Below, piece by piece: positions 38,363 through 51,285 of a stretch of 64,000 nt of DNA. The first letter of the stretch is position 1. Each line of letters opens with the position of its first letter. The translations under genes were made by a program, and so were the position numbers. Source of the DNA: Mobula hypostoma (Eukaryota). The stretch lies in the NCBI RefSeq assembly GCF_963921235.1, contig NC_086097.1, positions 202,494,001 through 202,558,000 on the forward strand, written 5' to 3'. The notes below the pieces were generated by a model. The model was given only the letters and a program-made list of their open reading frames with translations. It had not been told where the DNA came from and made no database searches.

Positions 38363-40262
38363 GTAAGCATGAGTAATTGTCCTTGTTTTCTTGTGTTGAA
38401 TAATAACTTTGAAAAATCATGCTCAATGCATATATTCAACAAAAAACTGCATTTATCCTCGAAATTTTCTTGCCTTTTATTCTGCCTCTTTTCTCCCAAA
38501 ATGTAAAATAATTAGCCATCTGAACAATCTTACTGAAAGGAAAATGCATTTCTCCGGGAAGTTTTAAATTGTTTCTCTAAAATTAATTATTTCATGGCCC
38601 AGCCTTATTTTCAAGAAATAGAAGATTCTACAATTTGCATTTACGAAGAAGCCTTAACAAGGTAAAAAAAAATCGAGGGTGTTGCTACCAAACTTCCAGC
38701 AACCAGCAGCAACATCCCCATCCCCATCATGTCCATGCTGGGTCTCTACTTGAAAAACTATTTAGTTTCACGCCTTTTCCATAGCTGAACACTCTTGCTC
38801 GACTGGATCCACCTATTGCCAACTTTTACTCTACCCCTTCCCTTCACCTCTATATATTGGCCATCTTCCCTTTATCTGGACCTGAAATGTTGACCTTCCC
38901 ATTTCCCTCCACAGACACTGTCTGACTAAGTTTCTCCAGCATTTTGATTCTTCAAGAAAATATGTAAACAAGTTTTCTTGAAATATGCTGCCAATTCCTC
39001 ATGACATTGTAAATATGGAAATTTTATAAGGCCTAAGAGGTGCAAACTAACTGTTTTCTGCCTAAACACCAAAACATTTGTCGAGTTACCCCCAAATGTT
39101 TGTCGAGTTAATCAAGTGGTCCAGCCCTCTTGCCATTCACTGAACCATGATCTCATCACTGACCATCAGGCTACTGCCTCCCTGACAGTCCTGAAATCAT
39201 TTCCTCCACCAAAGATCTTCTCTGCACAGCCATCAGCCTTGTAAACCCTCAAACCCACATACCCCTCTTCCTCCTCTTTCCCAAGATCCTGGTAAATCCA
39301 TTATTTCAACCTGTTCTTGCTCCATAAACCTTTATCATCTAGGTCCTTGTGAGTACCTGAATCATACTGCATGAGAGAGTGGAGGAAACAAATGAGTCTA
39401 GACAAGTGCTTAAATTGACTTGGCACAGAAGGCTATGGGTCAATTGCTGAAGATGGGATTAATATAGACTGGTTGCCGTGGATAGGATGAGGCCAAAATG
39501 TCTGTTTCCCTCTTGTATGACTGCTGTAGGAGAACTTATTTATGAGTGAAGATCAACTTCCCACATTTCCTGATCATTGAATTAGAGAAATCTGCCAGTT
39601 CAACCTGTAGCAGGTTAGTCATGTTGTTCAGCATCTCCAGTAATTTCGATGAGCTGTAACTGCCGAAATGGGTAGAAACAAGCTTCAAGTTATCCAAACA
39701 CACCAGAGAGTCTGCAGGTGCTAGAAATCCAGAGAAATACACAAAATGCTGGAGGAATTCAACAGGTCTGGCAGCAACTGTGGAGAGGAATAAACAGTCA
39801 TCATTTCTGGCTGATGTGAAAGTAATGAAATTAACATTAACAGGTTAATTATTTTAAATATTTACTGGTATTTCTGATGTTTTAATTTCATTCTCCCACT
39901 TTAAAAGAACGTGCTTTATTTTGAAAACTATTTTTACTTGACAGCTAGCTAAGCCTGAGGACATGGCTTAATTGACTGTCAACACATTTCTATTGGTCAT
40001 ACTTGTTTAGCTCATACCAAGTTTGCTGTTTACAACTGGATGGCTCTGCACTGCATAATGGTTCATCAAACTTATTGAAGCTGGCTTCCTTCAGAAAGTT
40101 GCAGCAAGAAGATCCACTCCATGTCAGTGTGGATCTGATTGTATGGAAACAGTGGGTGTGGGAGGCCATCAACCATTATGTGAATCCAATTCACTACTGT
40201 AAAGAGCGCACATACTCCAAATGGTAAATATGGTAACTATTTATGGTTCCTTTCCTTGTAAG

Positions 40263-40395
40263 TGCTACAGAAGATGGTGACTCTTATGTTAGAACAGATG
40301 ATGAAAGCTATGAAAATGAATCTGTCCGTCAGCTTGAACACGAGTTAAAACTCGAAGAATACCTGAAACAAAAACTGCAGGATGAGAACTATCAG
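40263..40395 (+). CDS. DTNA: alpha-dystrobrevin-1 tyrosine-rich tail exon
   Basis: taag/gtgaga, 133 nt; (I)ATEDGDSYVRTDDESYENESVRQLEHELKLEEYLKQKLQDENYQ, homologous to the human ...ENYEN...EEYLKQKLQDEAYQ. Confidence 0.95.
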
Positions 40396-41985
40396 GTGAG
40401 ATAAGACAATATGTGCAACCCACAACACAAAAGTTGGCTTCTTTATAGAAGGTGAGAACTTCTCCTCCTGGTTTGTATTTTGGGTGATTTGTGGCACCGT
40501 GTAAAATGGTTTTCTGACAAAGAACAAAACCTTTGGCCCTCAATTTCCTCTGTTGTGATCATTATGATAACACAATTTTGAAGGAAGTGCAACAGGATTT
40601 TCACAGTGCGTCTTCTGAGGCCACGATGACCAAGCAGCAGAAAATTGAAAGTATCCAGCACCATTAATCACAAAATTACTTTGAAAATTAAACATCATCG
40701 GATAGGGTGACTCTGTATATAATTTTTAAAACAATGACATTGAGTAGTTAGGAAGGCATATGTCTTACAAAGAGGGAATCACATTCTGTCCTTCCAATAT
40801 CAGAAACCTGGCCAAACTGGATTCCATAAAAACAAGTATATTTTTCTTGAAGCCAGAATTGTTTATAGAACATAGAACAGTACAGAATAGTGTGGATTCT
40901 TCAGACCAGAAAGTGATGCTGACTTATATAAGCCCATCAACTCTTCTCTCCTATACAACCCATAACCCTCCCTTTTTCTTCCATCCATATGCCTCTCTAT
41001 GTCATGTAGTTATTAAGTAAAAGAATATTTGTGATTAAAGTAGCAGTTATTATTTGAGCAGTTTTGCCAAAGCCATTCCCATATATTAGCTACTAATCCC
41101 CAAGGTTGCATATCTATACAATGCTGATTTATACACTGCTGAATACCCACATCACACATAGAGTATGTTCTGTATAATAGATCCACTGATACCCTGAAAA
41201 TCTCAAAATAACTGCAGGATGCTGAAAATCTGAAAGTGCATTATGCTTGAAACACTCAGGAGGTCAGGGAGGATCTGTAGAAAGAGAAATTGAGTTAACA
41301 TTTCAGGTGAAACCATCATCGGAAATATTCTTCAACCCAAAACATTAACTCTTGTTTTTGTCTTTCCACAGTTACTATCCATTAGCACACTGATTGTTAC
41401 ATTTATGGGGAGAAACCCCTTTAATTCACTGGAGGGTGTATGACCTCAGTACTTTTAATTGAACCCTTGCTTCTGAAGACCCATCATTTTCTGTTTATTA
41501 TATTGTGAGTTATTAATGTCTTCTGGAGTTACAACAATCTTTTGGAGTTCCTGCAGCCTTTAAGGGCCTTGAAGATGTTCTTTACACGTTCTGAAGGATG
41601 ACTGTTTTAGCAAGTATGCACTTCTCAGAAGCTGGCTCAGTCAAAGCTGGTTTTACCTTTGGTGTCAAAAGTCTTAATGAGAAATAAACTGAGCTTAAAG
41701 TAAAATCTTATCCTGCCATTCATTCTGGATTCACATTATCACTGCGGAAAGGCATTTGAAATAGATGACTTACATTTTCCTTTTTTAAATAATTTCTTCT
41801 GCTACTGTCTTGCCATAAGTGCAATATTAAGATCACTGAAAGATACTTTCTTTTTTGCTTTCCACTGCACATTTTATTTGACACTTGGATTTTATTTCCA
41901 GATAGCATCTTTATTATTTTAAGTGGTCACATTAATTATTCTTGTGGCTATCTTTCTTTCTCTTTATTTTATCTGCTATTTACAG

Positions 41986-42003
41986 GTCAGTTTGCAGGGG
42001 TGA
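41986..42003 (+). CDS. DTNA: alpha-dystrobrevin-1 last codons VSLQG* (exon continues to 42023)
   Basis: Long pyrimidine tract and tacag acceptor; GTC AGT TTG CAG GGG TGA matches the human C-terminus; donor gtaagt at 42024. Confidence 0.93.
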   Translation, partial: VSLQG

Positions 42004-43351
42004 ACAGACCTTCTGTATCCTGTGTAAGTAATGTTCGCCTATCATTGCTACATCCACATTAACTACTGGCTTTCTATGTAGATTTGCATGGTGCAAGAAA
42101 AGGCACCGATCAGATTTGCTGCCTGTGACTCAGGAAAAAGATACATCCTTCCCAAAGATAATTGAGTGCAAGGCTTGTATTTTCTATTCTATTCATCACG
42201 TGGGTGATTGGAGTCTTGAAGCACAAAATAAAATATGAGCGCATGTTAGCATCAGTTAATGGTCCAGATTCCAAAATTAGGGATAATGCATTGCATCAGG
42301 GAAGGGTAAATTTACTTGAACACTTTATTCCAAATTACAGTCATGTCCTTTAGATTAAATATGACATAATTATCAGTCAAGAGGATTAATGAGTATGGCT
42401 TTATTCTAGGTAATTAAGGATTCACACAGTTAAAGTTGAGAAATCTTAGTTCTTATACTTGTTCGGTAGGAATGAAATTCCTTATCCCTGTACTGATAAG
42501 AGTAAAGACTGTAAAGAGTATGAGTGAACAGATTCCTGCTTTGGGTTATGGGGAAACCAAACTGAGGAATGAAAAGCAATGTTGTGTTTGTTAGCAAGGT
42601 AGGTACTGTTCTATGAAACAGTGAGAAAGAGCCTTGAAGGCTATGTTATCTAACCTATATTAAGGTTAAGGACATCTGTTTGGATCTGGAAGGAACCTTA
42701 AATGGAACCTTAAAAGGGGAATGATCCAGTTGTCATCATCCATATGGGAACAAACATTGGTGGGACCAAAGTGGGGGTTCTATTGAAGGAATATGAGCAA
42801 TTGGAGCCAAATCAAAAAAAAAACAACATAATTGCAACACCAAATATCTCTGCATTATATGGGATGAGAGTAGAGGAATCAGAAATGGGACTAAATTGAA
42901 CTCTTGCTTGCATGTGTTTAATATGCCTACTAACAGCACTGTCAAATTTCAAAAATTTAGCAAGATCTCTACACTTAAATTCAGGAAACTGTCAGTTCCA
43001 ATTGATGCAACGCTCAGTACACATCATTGACATCATTAGGAAATAGCAATTGTGTTTACATTATACATGTACATAAGATATTCTCTGCAGTATTACAAAA
43101 AAGCCTGATTTATCAAATGGAAGAATGCAAATGCTTTATTTCTAATATATTGAATTTTTGATAGCATAATGACCTTTGAGCGACTTACTGCATTTCCTTC
43201 CAGTTAATGTTTCAGTCGTTGCTTTTGCAAAGCTTTCAAATGTCTGTTATTCATTTTTACAATGAAAAATATTCCAGTTGGTTACTGAGACCTGTGTGTT
43301 CAATATAATTTTTGCCCAATGTATAATTCAGTCATTTTATCCACTTGTTAG

Positions 43352-43495
43352 GCTAATTACAGCCCAACTGATGACGAGAGCTACGTAAAAACTGATGATG
43401 ATGAAAGCTGCATACGGACGGACGATGAAGAAGGTCTAACTTCTGGTTTCAATCAGGAATGGAATGAGCACATGAAACGTCTTATGACAAAATAA
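43352..43495 (+). CDS. DTNA: Terminal exon: putative alternative 47-aa C-terminus when the VSLQG exon is skipped, otherwise 3' UTR
   Basis: ttgttag acceptor, phase 0; ANYSPTDDESYVKTDDDESCIRTDDEEGLTSGFNQEWNEHMKRLMTK*; repeats the SYVRTDDES motif of the 40263 exon. Confidence 0.75.
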   Translation, partial: ANYSPTDDESYVKTDDDESCIRTDDEEGLTSGFNQEWNEHMKRLMTK

Positions 43496-45570
43496 ACAAT
43501 TTTATAATTAGTGTGAATACTGTAGCAAAGTAATTTTAAAAGTTTCTAGTTAAATGTGTTGTCCAACAATTCTTTTACTAAAATCTGGGTTTATCAGCAT
43601 CTTCTTTATATGGCTCAAATGAGAACAGAATTCAGGACAATACAACTGCAGTTATCACCAAGGAGAGCATATATGGTGTTTTTTTTTCCCCAAGAGGAAA
43701 CAGTGTTAATATTAAGAAAAGATAATTATTTACATTTGTGAGCAAAATATTCTGTCTAAACTGACAATATTAACACACTTTGTTTTGTTTCTAGCTGAAC
43801 TGTGCAGTACTTTGACAAAACAGTTACATATTTTTTCAACTGTGATAAACCTATTTTGGTGAAATGCACTTAAATCAGATATTAAGGCACTAAATATGAT
43901 TATTTATTCAAAATTATATGTACCCATTAACCACTAATTCTCAGCATTTTTAATAAGATGGATATCTGTAAAATAAAAGAACTGTGAACTGTGTCAAGGA
44001 CACTCTTAGCAAATTCTGTTCTTGTACTTTGAACCGTAGGTGCCAAAAACAAAACCAGTAACATAGTTAAAGTTAAGTCATTTAACTTTTTTTGTGATTG
44101 AACAATGAATTTAGCAATATTGTAAACAAGCATGTCCATTGCTAATTTATATTACACTTTTTGGTTTGTTTTATATCATTTGTAAGATTGTAAACTTGAA
44201 CAACACATTACTAATGTAATTTTTTATGTTTGAGTTGCATTATTTTAGTTGGCCATCAGTGTAGTGCACACATTGCAAGAAAAGAATAGTTTTATCAAAT
44301 AATGCAGAGAGTTGTGAATGTTATAGAACAAGCAGCTTGAGAACACACCATTCAAGAAGCTTTGTGGCTTTATTCTGATTAATCCACGGGTTACATATGC
44401 TGAAGGTTGCAGATACTGTCCTCTCAAGTACCACTTAATTTAAGTTAATTTTACAAAACAGCACTTCCATGTGAGTTGTTACAGAACTAAATGTACTTAA
44501 AGCCAAATTGCTCTATAAAGTTTTTAATAAATTTTGTTTTCTATGATGTACTTAATTCTATCACAAGAGCTTTCTAGAATGGATGCCACATTTAAGTGTA
44601 TCATATATGACTTTTTAGTTTTAGTGTAGTTAAGTAAAATGATTTGATAATGACATGGGAGTTGCACACTGAATAATCTGTAAACCTGACACAACATATG
44701 TATATTGAAAGCTAAAGAATTGCTGAAGAAATCTAAGATTATTATACAGTAATCATAAATATTATCTTGAAAGCATGTAAAATAACATGAGAAGATTGTG
44801 TGATTTAATTGATATAATCAGATTAAACACTGAAATATGTTTATAATTATTGATTTAAGTCAAAGAAAATGGATGTAGAATAGAGATAAAAAGAAAAAAC
44901 ACAAATGCTGGAAGTTATCAGGTAAGGTTGAGAGTGTTATAAGGGAGAAAGGCTTGGCATGTTTCAGAGTTAACCTGCACAAGTTTGTGGCCTTCACTGT
45001 GAAACAAATTGTACTCTGTTAGTGCATGAAGTGAAAACTTGTCTAGTTTTGTTTGTCGCACAGTACTAATCTTCAATTAATTTGTCTTTTTCCCAGTTAT
45101 ATAGGTTAATTAATGTAGACATACTGTATGTGTGTGTGTCTATGTAAATGTGTGTGTGTTTGTATATCATATGCATTTACATATACACATACACACTTAA
45201 GTCTCTGTTGCTGAATTCAGAATGGATAAATTTAACAAAATAGCTGTGAATAGTAACTATTTTTCTTCTGTCCAAAATAGTGGACATTGAATTTTCACCA
45301 AAAATATCTGACTATATCATATTTAAATTAACCACAGCAACTGACATATTTAGTGTCTCCAAAAGGAGAAGCAGTAACTTTAAAAGCACTAAAGGCTCAA
45401 TGTAAACACTGTTAATGTAATAAAACTACTGATTTATGTTTTGTATTGTTAAGTATTGTACCCATACGTACAGTGTGTTGGAACAAGCTGGGGACTTGCC
45501 ATGTTTCAAGATTGTTCAAGTATTTAACTGTGTGTCTGTATTTTGGAATGGAATATTTCTTCATTAAAGA
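43496..45570 (+). other. DTNA: Probable DTNA 3' UTR with candidate poly(A) signals
   Basis: AT-rich and nearly repeat-free; AATAAA at 43491, 44526 and 45419, ATTAAA at 45563; the true end cannot be determined. Confidence 0.55.
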
Positions 45571-46409
45571 GAGAATTTCTAAAAAGGCTAGAAGGTAGGG
45601 TTGACCTACATTTCTTCCTTTCTAACTCGTGTTTCATTCTTCTATTTTGGTAATATAATCAACTACATAATTGTGGTTGTGATTGAGTTTTCTTGAAATG
45701 TGGCTGGAAGCTGTTACTGAATACAATGTTGAAACATCAGTCAGGATATCGTCATATTCCTTGAGGTTCTGTAAAGTACAACTGCAAATTATGAGCTGTC
45801 CTAATATTTCATAATAACTTGTTCACATCCTCTGACAACTGTATTAATGCTGTTCTGTATATCATATATTTAAGTCATCTACCATATTTGTTCAAATTCA
45901 GTACCATTGTAGTTACACTGAAATTACACTGAAGTTTTCGTTCCGATGGAGCTAAGCTGATTTTACAAATTGCTTCAATATTCCCAAAAGTGTGAATTTT
46001 TTTCCCTTTGGCACAAGGCTGGCAATCACATCTCGACTTTTCTAATTTTCTTCTTCACCCTATCTGTGTTTTTCACTCTACCTAGCTGATTGAAGGCTGT
46101 CTCTTTGATTTCTTCCTGAGTCAATGATTACTAGGAGGCCTGTAAATAAGATCAGCTAGTTCTCTCATTCCATCACATTCCCAGATTTTGGTGTCATAAA
46201 AGACAATTAACACTTAAACACTACTCATTCCTAAATGCATTACACATAATTTAAATGATGAATAGATGCAATACTTTTATTGAGCTAATGGTCATGAATA
46301 AGCTGTTCATTCAAGGAAGTATCGTACTATTAATGGTGATGGCTAAATCACAAGCAGTCATCCATGAGCCCCTTCAATTAATCATTGGATCTAGAAATTC
46401 TCTTATCAT

Positions 46410-46705
46410 TCGATAAGATCATGGCTGATCTGGCCATGGCCTCATCTCCACCCACCTGCCTTTTCCCCATAATCCTTAATTCCCCTACTAGCAAAAATCT
46501 ATCCAACCTTGTCTTTAGTATATTTACTGAGGTAGCTACCACTGCTTCATTGGGCAGTGAATTCCGCAGATTCACCACTCTGTGGGAAAAACAGTTCCTC
46601 CTCATCTCCGTCCTAAGTCTACTCCCCCAAATCTTGAGGCTATGTCCCCTAGTTCTAGTCTCACCTACCAGTGGAAACAATTTTCCTGCCTCTATCTTAT
46701 CTATC
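46410..46705 (-). mobile_element. CR1 3' end
   Basis: FPLVGETRTRGHSLKI...RVVNLRNSLP. Confidence 0.88.
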
Positions 46706-46889
46706 CCTCCTCAATCCTTGAGTGATTGATTCCCCTTTTATCCCACCTGGAGAATAGTGAGGCACAAAGGCTGTAGTTACAGTGTATTACAAAGAATTAC
46801 AGTGAAAATACTATTTCAGAGTTAGAATTTGATCTATGTGTGGACCGGTCTCATCAAATTGGCATTGTTTAAAAAAAGGAACTAGTGCT

Positions 46890-47305
46890 TTCCCAGCGTA
46901 TATGATAAATAAACTCTTCTCAGGCTTCCAATTATAACCGCTGTTTCGATGACAAACTCTGCCATCTTCATCAGGGATGATGCCCAGCCATATCTACTCT
47001 GGTGGTATTAATGCCCTCATAGTCTGTCCCTCCTGATTGGTTAGTCCTCATGCAATCAGGTTTCCACTTTCCAACTTGTTTGCAATCAAATTCCAGTTCT
47101 TACTTGGAGTGAGACCTTCGTCTTTGTTAAAATTCTTTTCCTCTAGTTTTATTTCAATGGCTTCCTTTACTAGGCAGTCCCAAAAGCCATTGGCACAGGA
47201 CAGTAGTTTTGTGCCATCGAAGTCAATCCTATGACCATTGTGAATGCAATGTTCTGCTACTGCTAATTTCCCTGGGTAACCCAAACGGATTCACCTCCTG
47301 TGCTC
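46890..47305 (-). mobile_element. Penelope-like element 3' fragment (GIY-YIG endonuclease C-terminus plus degenerate hammerhead)
   Basis: AVAEHCIHNGHRIDF...LVKEAIEIK...FNKDEG; CTGATGA-stem-GAAA at 46974-46944 on minus. Confidence 0.85.
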
Positions 47306-49870
47306 CTTGCTCTTTTCTTCCCTTTGCTGTGAAACAAGGATTGATATAGTAAGTACACTTATATAACCCTAATGCGACACCTCTGTTTACCAAATGACAA
47401 CCCACATTGTCGATGGAAATAACACCAAAAACTTGCTGGCAAGCAGGATAAGCCGCCAACAATATATGGTACTTGTATCACAGGCTTGAACATGGGAAAA
47501 CATAACATCTTTAGTATTTTAATGTAATAACCAAATTGTTCTTGATCTTGACCACTGCCTTGACTTGCTTCCTCTGGATCGGATATAGAGGTGTGATTCT
47601 ACTGGCTTCCACTGCCTTGATAAAGGCACCTATTTCAGGTGGTGAATATAGAAACCCATTCCTGTTGGGGTTCTCAAAAGGCTTTAATTGAAGGCAAAGC
47701 TGGGGTGGAGTTTTTTCTCCCGTCAAATCCCACAAGAATTTTACATTTTCAAATACCTCACAGATGTTTAAAAAGTTAAAATTAAAGTCAATGGTAAAAA
47801 AATATTATTTAGAACAAAATAAGTATTTATTTAGAGATACCGTATGGTCACAAGCCCTTCCAACCTAACGAGCCCTCTCCACCCAATTAGACCCATGTGG
47901 CCAATTAAGCTACCAACCTGTATATCTTTGAGGTGTGAGAGGAAACTGGGGCACTTGGAGGAAACCCACACAGTTATGAAGAAAACATACAAACTACTTA
48001 CAGACAGCAATGAGAATCGAACTTGAGTTGCTGGTGGTGTAAAGCATTACACTCGCTGCTATGCTACCATGCCAACCAAATTAAACACATGAAACAAAAC
48101 ATTAAACTGAATTTTGAAAGTGGGTTGGCATCCCCTTTACCACCTGACAGGAATCAGTTTCGTCCAGTTGTCAGCATATTTATTCCAATGAGGCCGAGGA
48201 GTTCAACTGCAACCATGGAAGACTGGTCCATATCCCAGATGAAGATAAAGTGATCCTCCTAGATGAATCCAAGGCCAGGTTGTGAAAAGATGCAGCTCTT
48301 TGGCAAGATGTAGATTCCATCAAGGAAAGAATAGGAAACATTAGCTCCACTGGAGTCCTCTTGAGCACAGCCCTGGCGTTGTTAAATCTCAGTTTTGTTG
48401 GAGGATACGCACATCACCAGATGGTAAGACCGAACTAATACCTCATGTTATTTGACCATTGAATGAAGAGAATGCAAAGTTCTCTACATCACCTGTGCTA
48501 TGCTAGCACTGGTGACACTGGGTCTAATCAACTCTGATCTCAATCAACCTGGCCACAAAGCAGAAATGTTGCTGTAGGAAAATCAGTATTGGAGCTCTCA
48601 AAAACCTCATAAGGTTAGCTCTTCTTGAACTGCTTCACACACAACTTCAGCTGACAAAAACCACCAATTATTCTGTCCAGAAGCCCAGAATAATTGGCAC
48701 ATATAGCTTATCTACCAAAGAGAAATAGGATTGGATTGATAGTAATGACCAGGAGATTGAAAGCTAATTACAAATACAAGACTCCTGGAATGGAAATTTC
48801 AGCATCACTCATGGGAAAAACAAGAGATTCACAGACATGTGCAGAGTTGTTATGTGCAGAGCCAAAAGAGATGGGGGAGATTTTGAACAATTCCTTTTCT
48901 TCGGTATTCACTAAGGAGAAGGATATTGAATTGTGTAAGGTAAGGGAAACAAGAAGGGTAGTTATGGAAACTATGATGATTAAAGAAGAGGAAGTACTGG
49001 CGCTTTTAAGGAATATAAAAGTGGATAAGTCTCCAGGTCTGGTCAGGATATTCCCTCGGACCTTGAGGGAAGTTAGTGTGGAAATAGCAGGGGCTCTGAT
49101 AGAAATACGTCAAATGTCATTAGAAACCGGGATAGTGCTGGAGCATTGGCGTATTGCTCATGATGTTCCATTGTTTAAAAAGGGTTCTAAGAGTAAACTT
49201 AGCAATTATCGGCCTGTGAGTTTGACGTCAGTGGTGGGTAAATTGATGGAAAATATTCTTAGAGATGGTATATATAATTATCTGGATAGACAGGGTCTGA
49301 TTAGGAACAGTCAACGTGGATTTCTGCGTGGAAGGTCATGTTTGACAAATCTTATTGAATTTTTTGATGAAGTTACTAGGAAAGTTGACAAGGGTAAAGC
49401 AGTGGATGTTGTCTGTATGGACTTCAGTAAGGCCTTTGACAAGGTTCCACACGGAAGGTTAGTTAGGAAGGTTTAACCGTTAGGTATTAATATCAAAGTA
49501 GTAAAATGGATTCAGCAGTGGCTGGATGGGAGACGCCAGAGAGTAGTGGTAGATATCTGTGTGTCAGATTGGAGGACATACATGGTAAATGGTAGGGCAT
49601 TGAAGAATGCAGTAGAACAGAGGGATCTAGGAATAATGGTGCATAGTTCCCTGAAGGTGGAATCTCATGTGGATAGGGTGGTGAAGAAAGCTTTTGGTAT
49701 GCTGGCCTTTATTAATCAGAGCATTGAGTATAGGAGTTGGGATGTAATGTTGAAATTGTATAAGGCATTGGTAAGGCCAAATTTGGAGTACTGTGTACAG
49801 TGCTGGCACTGAATTATAGGAAAGATGTCAATAAAATTGAGAGAGTACAGAGGAGATTTACTAGAATGTT

Positions 49871-50415
49871 CTGACACGTCTATCCACGACCTCCTCTACT
49901 GTAAAGATGAAGCCACACTCAGGTTGGAGGAACAACACCTTATATTCCATCTGGGTAGCCTCCAACCTGATGGCATGAACATTGACTTCTCTAACTTCCT
50001 CTAATGCCCACCTCCCCCTTGTACCCCATCCATTATTTATTTATATACACTTTTTTTTTCTCCCTCTGTCCCTCTCACTATACCCTTTGCCCATCCTCTG
50101 GGCTTTTTCCCCCCCTCCTTTTCTTTCTCCCTAGGCCTCCTGTCCCATGATCCTCTCATATCCCTTTTGCCAATCAACTGTCCAGCTCTTGGCTCCATCC
50201 CTCCCCCTCCTGTCTTCTCCTATCATTTCTGATCTCCCCCTTCCCCTCCCACTTTCAAGTCTCTTACTAGCTCTTCTTCCAGTTAGTCCTGATGAAGGGT
50301 CTGGGCCCGAAACGTCGACTGTACCTCTTCCAATAGATGCTGCCTGGCCTGCTGCGTTCACCGGCAGCTTTTATGTGTGTTGCTTGAAATTCCAGCTTCT
50401 GCAGATTTCCTCGTG
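49871..50415 (+). mobile_element. Penelope-like element 3' fragment
   Basis: LRLEEQHLIFHLGSLQPDGMNIDF (GIY-YIG C-terminus); 14-bp TSD TTTAC(T/C)AGAATGTT at 49857-70 and 50416-29. Confidence 0.88.
50285..50320 (+). ncRNA. Minimal type I hammerhead ribozyme motif (PLE-associated)
   Basis: Stem I AGTC/GACT, core CTGATGA(A), stem II GGGT-CTGG-GCCC, GAAA, self-complementary ACGT stem III, GUC cleavage triplet ending at 50316. Confidence 0.75.
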
Positions 50416-51285
50416 TTTACCAGAATGTTGCCTGGGTTTCATCTCCTAAGTTAGAGAGAAAGGTTGAACTAGTTAGGACTTTATTCTTTGGAGCGTAGAA
50501 GGTTGAGGGGGGACTTGATAGAGGTATTTAAAATTATGAGGGGGATAGATAGAGTTGACGTGGTTAGGCTTTTTCCATTGAGAGTGGGGGAGATTCAAAC
50601 AAGAGGACATGAGTTGAGAGTTAAAGGGCGAAAGTTTAAGGGTAACATGAGGGGGAACTTTACTCAGAGAGTGGTAGCTGTGTGGAACGAGCTTCCAGCA
50701 GAAGTGGTTGAGGCAGGTTTGATGTTGTCATTTAAAGTTAAATTGGATAGATATATGGACAGGAAAGGAATGGAGGGGTATGGACTGAGTACAGGTCGGT
50801 GGGACTAGGGGAGGGTAAGAGTTTGGCACGGACTAGAAGGGCCGCGATGGCCTGTTTCCGTGCTGTAATTGTTACATGGTTATAGGGTTACATCACAAGG
50901 GCAGCTATAACAGAAAATCCATGACTTAGTCACATATGGTAGGTGAAAAGCATGCAGAGAGTTCAACAACTTTTGACTATTATTATGTATGAGAGTCCAT
51001 CAGTAGTGTCAGAGGCAACTACAGCCTAAACACCACCCCACTGAAAGCCAAAAATAAAGGTGAACTTATCGAAGACAGAAAGGAAATCAATACCTTTTGG
51101 AAGGAATGCTTTGAAGACCACCTGAACCACAGCTCTGACCTTGCGTCTCCTTATATCCATCCGACAGCATTTTATTCAGATTGGATTCTCCAGCAGTTCT
51201 GACTGATAAAAAATCAAAAGGGTTATATCCAAAATAAAAAACAAGCCCTTGGAAGTTCTAAAAACCTCTTCATCTGGGAAGAGGA

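Larger units (their letters stand above)
48845..50882 (+). mobile_element. CR1 LINE 3' half with an internal RT deletion and a nested Penelope fragment
   Basis: KSPG, VPLFKKG, NYRPVSLTSVVGKLME, DFSKAFDKVPH; the GVPQGS/FADD part is missing at about 49575; 3' end TRGH...QRVVAVWNELP. Confidence 0.93.

Noticed and set aside
47330..47760. Minus-strand ORFs (WDLTGEKTPPQLCLQLKPF... and LAAYPACQQVFG...) considered as exons
   Set aside because: No convincing splice-site pair and no recognisable protein
48694..49476. 260-aa ORF considered as a host gene
   Set aside because: It is a CR1 ORF2 fragment with a fortuitous N-terminus and a deleted RT core
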